Of a stretch of 64,000 bases of DNA, positions 61,157 through 64,000 are shown piece after piece. Location of the stretch: positions 2,826 through 66,825 of the forward strand of contig NZ_JBILQU010000004.1 of assembly GCF_044373035.1 (NCBI RefSeq), read 5' to 3'. The position numbers were made by a program, and so were the translations under genes. Under the pieces are notes generated by a model that saw nothing but the letters and a program-made list of their open reading frames with translations, had not been told where the DNA came from and did no database searches. Position 1 is the first letter of the stretch. Every line of letters begins with the position of its first letter. The DNA comes from Limnohabitans sp. (GTDB taxonomy: Bacteria > Pseudomonadota > Gammaproteobacteria > Burkholderiales > Burkholderiaceae_C).

Positions 61157-61855
61157 ATGCCATCAGTCCCCCCAAAACGTCCACCACTGAGCGGCGCAGC
61201 CCGTCACGCTGCCGCCAAAAAACCGAAGAACCCGGTACCCAAAGGCCCGTCGTCGCATGAGATCCGCATCATCGGCGGGCAGTGGCGACGCACCCGCCTG
61301 AAGGTGATCGATAAACCGGGCTTGCGCCCCACACCCGACCGGGTGCGCGAGACCTTGTTCAATTGGCTGGGCCAGGACCTGAGCGGTTGGCGCTGCGTGG
61401 ACGCGTTTGCGGGCACGGGCGTGCTGGGCCTGGAGGCTGCATCGCGTGGCGCGGCCCATGTGCTGATGGTCGAGCAAGACGCCGTGCTGGTGCGCGATAT
61501 ACAAGACAACGCCACCCGCCTGAAAGCCAGCATGGTCAGTGTGCAGCGCGGCGACGCCGTGAGCACGTTGGGCCGTGTGCCTGCGGGCAGTGTGGACCTG
61601 GTCTTCATCGACCCGCCTTTTGATGGCCCCTGGTTTGAGCCCGCTTTGAAAGCCGCCGCCCGGGCCGTGCCTGTGGGGGGCTGGATTTACCTGGAAGCGC
61701 CTGTGGCCTGGCCTGCCGAGGCGCTGGGTGCTTTGGGCTTGCAATGCGAGCGCCACCTGAAGGCGGGCGCAGTGCATGCGCACTTGTTGCAACGGGTCAG
61801 CCCTGAATCTGTACCCACCTCTATTGCCATCCCTTTTGAAGGAGACACGCCATGA
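61157..61855 (+). CDS. rsmD: 16S rRNA (guanine966-N2)-methyltransferase RsmD
   Basis: ORF trimmed to ATG 61157. ...IRIIGGQWRRTRL...GLRPTPDRVRETLFNWL...DAFAGTGVLGLEAASRGA...VFIDPPF. Confidence 0.85.
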   Translation: MPSVPPKRPPLSGAARHAAAKKPKNPVPKGPSSHEIRIIGGQWRRTRLKVIDKPGLRPTPDRVRETLFNWLGQDLSGWRCVDAFAGTGVLGLEAASRGAAHVLMVEQDAVLVRDIQDNATRLKASMVSVQRGDAVSTLGRVPAGSVDLVFIDPPFDGPWFEPALKAAARAVPVGGWIYLEAPVAWPAEALGALGLQCERHLKAGAVHAHLLQRVSPESVPTSIAIPFEGDTP

Positions 61856-62370
61856 GCCGATCTGCCAACACCCCTGTGACCGCTGTTGTCACAGCTGTTT
61901 ATTCGGGCACCTTTGACCCGCTCACGCTGGGCCATGAAGACGCGATCCGCCGTGCTGCCCAAATGTTTGACCAGGTCATCATTGCCGTGGCTGTGGCGCA
62001 CCACAAAAAAACCGTGTTCAGCCTGGACGAGCGCGTGGCCTTGACGCAGGCCGCGCTGGCCGATTGCCCGAACGTGAAGGCGCTGCCGTTTGATGGCCTG
62101 ATCGTCGAGTTTGTACGTTCGCAAAACGCCCAAGTGATCGTGCGCGGTCTGCGCTCGGTGACCGACTACGACTATGAAACCCAAATGTCGGGCATGAACC
62201 GCCATTTGGCCCCGGAAATCGACACGGTGTTTCTGCACACCAGCGCCCATGTGCAGCACATCAGCAGCACCTTGGTGCGCGAAATCGCCAAGCTCGGCGG
62301 TGATGTGTCGGGTTTGGTATCGACTCCGGTGCTCAACGCCTTGCAGGCCAAGGTCGCCACCAAGCATTGA
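61852..62370 (+). CDS. coaD: Pantetheine-phosphate adenylyltransferase
   Basis: ...AVYSGTFDPLTLGHEDAI... (the T/HxGH nucleotidyltransferase motif) and ...ISSTLVREIAKLGGD.... ATGA overlap with rsmD. Confidence 0.95.
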   Translation: MSRSANTPVTAVVTAVYSGTFDPLTLGHEDAIRRAAQMFDQVIIAVAVAHHKKTVFSLDERVALTQAALADCPNVKALPFDGLIVEFVRSQNAQVIVRGLRSVTDYDYETQMSGMNRHLAPEIDTVFLHTSAHVQHISSTLVREIAKLGGDVSGLVSTPVLNALQAKVATKH

Positions 62371-62373
62371 GGG

Positions 62374-64000
62374 TCAAATCTCCGCGCCTTCCACCAAAAA
62401 CCGCACCCGCTTTTGCCCCTGCCACTCGTCGGCGTCCAGCCGATAAGCCAGCTTCACCCGCGCAGGCAGCGGCTCGGTGCGGCCAAACCAGATGCCGTCC
62501 ACCGGCTGGCCTTGGTGTTTCATCTTGAGCGACAGGTGTTTTTCGCCCACCAGGCGCTGCGACACGATCTCGATCTCTTCACAAAACACGGGCGGCGCAA
62601 AGCCCTGGCCCCAGACCTCGTGGTGCAGCATGTCCACCAAATCCACCCGGCGGTATTCGGCAGGCAGCGGGCCGTCGGTCTCCAGGCGGCGTTGCAGCGT
62701 GGCGGCGTCCAACCATTCCATGGCCACCTGATTGAGCGTTTCCTCAAACACTTCGAGGTGTTCTTCGGCAATGGTGCAGCCCGCCGCCATGGCGTGCCCG
62801 CCAAAGCGCAGCAGCACGCCCGGGGCGCGCTTGGCCACCAGGTCGAGCGCATCGCGCAAATGGAATCCCGCAATCGAGCGGCCTGAACCTTTGAGTTCGT
62901 GCGCCTTGCCCGGCGCGCTGCTGGCCGCAAACACGAACGTGGGGCGGTGCAGTTTGTCCTTGATGCGCGAGGCCACGATGCCGACCACGCCTTCGTGAAA
63001 ATCCGGATCAAACACACAAATAGCGGGCGGCGGTTCATCGCCTTCGTCAAACAACGACTCGGCCATTTCCATGGCCATCTCGCGCATGTCGCCCTCGATC
63101 ACGCGGCGCTCGCGGTTGATCGCATCCAGCTGCTTGGCCAACTCGTCGGCGCGGCCCGCGTCGTCGGTCAACAGGCATTCGATGCCCAGCGTCATGTCGG
63201 CCAGGCGGCCAGCGGCGTTGATGCGTGGCCCCAGGGCAAAGCCAAAGTCAAACGTCGTGGCCTTGGCCGTTTCGCGGCTGGCCGCTCGCATCAGCGCCGA
63301 CATGCCGGGGGGCAATGCACCCGCTCGCACGCGGCGCAGGCCTTGCGCCACCAGGCGGCGGTTGTTCGCATCGAGCTTGACCACGTCGGCCACGGTGCCC
63401 AGTGCCACCAAGGGCAGCAGGGCGTCCAATCTCGGCTGGGTGCTGGCGTCAAACACGCCGCGTTGGCGCAACTCGGCGCGCAGGGCCAGCAGCACATAAA
63501 ACATCACGCCCACACCGGCGATGGATTTGCTGGTGAAGCTGCAGCCGGGTTGGTTGGGGTTGACGATGACTTCGGCCGTGGGCAACTCACTCCCCGGCAA
63601 ATGGTGGTCGGTCACCAGCACCTGCAGGCCCAGCGCTTGCGCCGCTTGCACGCCCGCCACACTGGCGATGCCGTTGTCCACGGTGATCAACACATCGGCC
63701 CCTTGTGCGTGCACACGCTCGGCAATGGGGGGGGTCAGGCCGTAGCCGTCCACCACCCGGTCGGGCACCAGATAGCTCACGTTGCGCGCACCCAGCATGC
63801 GCAGGCCGCGCACGCCCACGGCGCAGGCGGTCGCGCCGTCGCAGTCGTAATCGGCCACGATGCACAGGCGCTTGTTTTGCGCGATGGCATCGGCCAACAA
63901 CTTGGCCGCTTCCTGGGTGCCCAGCATGCTGGCCGGGGGCAGCAGCAGGTTCAGGGCGTCGTCGAGTTCGTCTTTGGACAACACGCCGCGTGCGGCATAC
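62374..64000 (-). CDS. recJ: Single-stranded-DNA-specific exonuclease RecJ; 5' end lies beyond the right window edge
   Basis: DHH motifs ...IVADYDCDGATACAV..., ...LITVDNG..., ...LVTDHH..., then the DHHA1 domain ...GGHAMAAG... The reading frame stays open to position 64000. Confidence 0.9.
   Translation of the reverse strand, partial: YAARGVLSKDELDDALNLLLPPASMLGTQEAAKLLADAIAQNKRLCIVADYDCDGATACAVGVRGLRMLGARNVSYLVPDRVVDGYGLTPPIAERVHAQGADVLITVDNGIASVAGVQAAQALGLQVLVTDHHLPGSELPTAEVIVNPNQPGCSFTSKSIAGVGVMFYVLLALRAELRQRGVFDASTQPRLDALLPLVALGTVADVVKLDANNRRLVAQGLRRVRAGALPPGMSALMRAASRETAKATTFDFGFALGPRINAAGRLADMTLGIECLLTDDAGRADELAKQLDAINRERRVIEGDMREMAMEMAESLFDEGDEPPPAICVFDPDFHEGVVGIVASRIKDKLHRPTFVFAASSAPGKAHELKGSGRSIAGFHLRDALDLVAKRAPGVLLRFGGHAMAAGCTIAEEHLEVFEETLNQVAMEWLDAATLQRRLETDGPLPAEYRRVDLVDMLHHEVWGQGFAPPVFCEEIEIVSQRLVGEKHLSLKMKHQGQPVDGIWFGRTEPLPARVKLAYRLDADEWQGQKRVRFLVEGAEI

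Noticed and set aside
1-64000. Search by eye for CRISPR repeats, transposase/integrase genes, toxin-antitoxin pairs, restriction-modification or other defence modules, prophage genes and rRNA
   Set aside because: None found. No regularly spaced direct repeats are present, and every ORF over 100 aa not assigned above is an antisense or alternative-frame artefact. A computational repeat and defence-system scan would be needed to be definitive.

Overview
The window reads as a chromosomal segment of a moderately GC-rich betaproteobacterium. It is probably Burkholderiales/Comamonadaceae-like, judged from three Bug/TctC solute-binding paralogues, the FtsY N-terminus MFSFFKKK and the layout of the aa3 oxidase cluster. 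I found no rRNA, CRISPR array, transposase, integrase, phage gene or recognisable defence system.

The window splits into three parts.

(1) 1-21.2 kb is one two-armed divergon around a single 104-bp control region (8574-8677).
- The minus arm has at least 10 genes and continues past the left edge. It encodes four PuuE/allantoinase-type 'polysaccharide deacetylase' paralogues, two isochorismatase-type cysteine amidases, a 4-oxalocrotonate-tautomerase::SnoaL fusion, an MmgE/PrpD protein, a hydantoin-racemase-like protein and a PhyH dioxygenase.
- The plus arm has 14 genes. It encodes a LivJHMGF-like ABC importer, an SDR, split DUF4387/DUF1446 (AtuA-like) proteins, an embedded GntR/HutC regulator, a LeuCD-like dehydratase, an FrdA-like flavoprotein, a PEP-mutase/isocitrate-lyase-family enzyme and a GNAT.
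- This gene set matches no canonical pathway I know. It is my main candidate for an undescribed system, most likely catabolism of a nitrogen-rich cyclic amide/imide carboxylate.

(2) 21.2-35 kb holds accessory metabolic modules around a tRNA-Met(CAT). They include GST, a CMD-family protein, Bug binding proteins, an MFS transporter, an asparaginase + FAH-hydratase pair, and a LysR-controlled kynureninase-like + HyuA/HyuB + Bug operon.

(3) 35-64 kb is core genome. It contains ybbP-like, glbO, smr, apaH, an hns-like/rfaH-like pair, uppS, maoC, trmL, comF, a complete aa3 cytochrome oxidase biogenesis cluster, rpoH, ftsY, two M16 peptidases, rsmD, coaD and recJ (partial).

All functional calls come from reading the translated ORFs and recalling family signatures. 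No database search was run. Start codons are often uncertain by a few codons.
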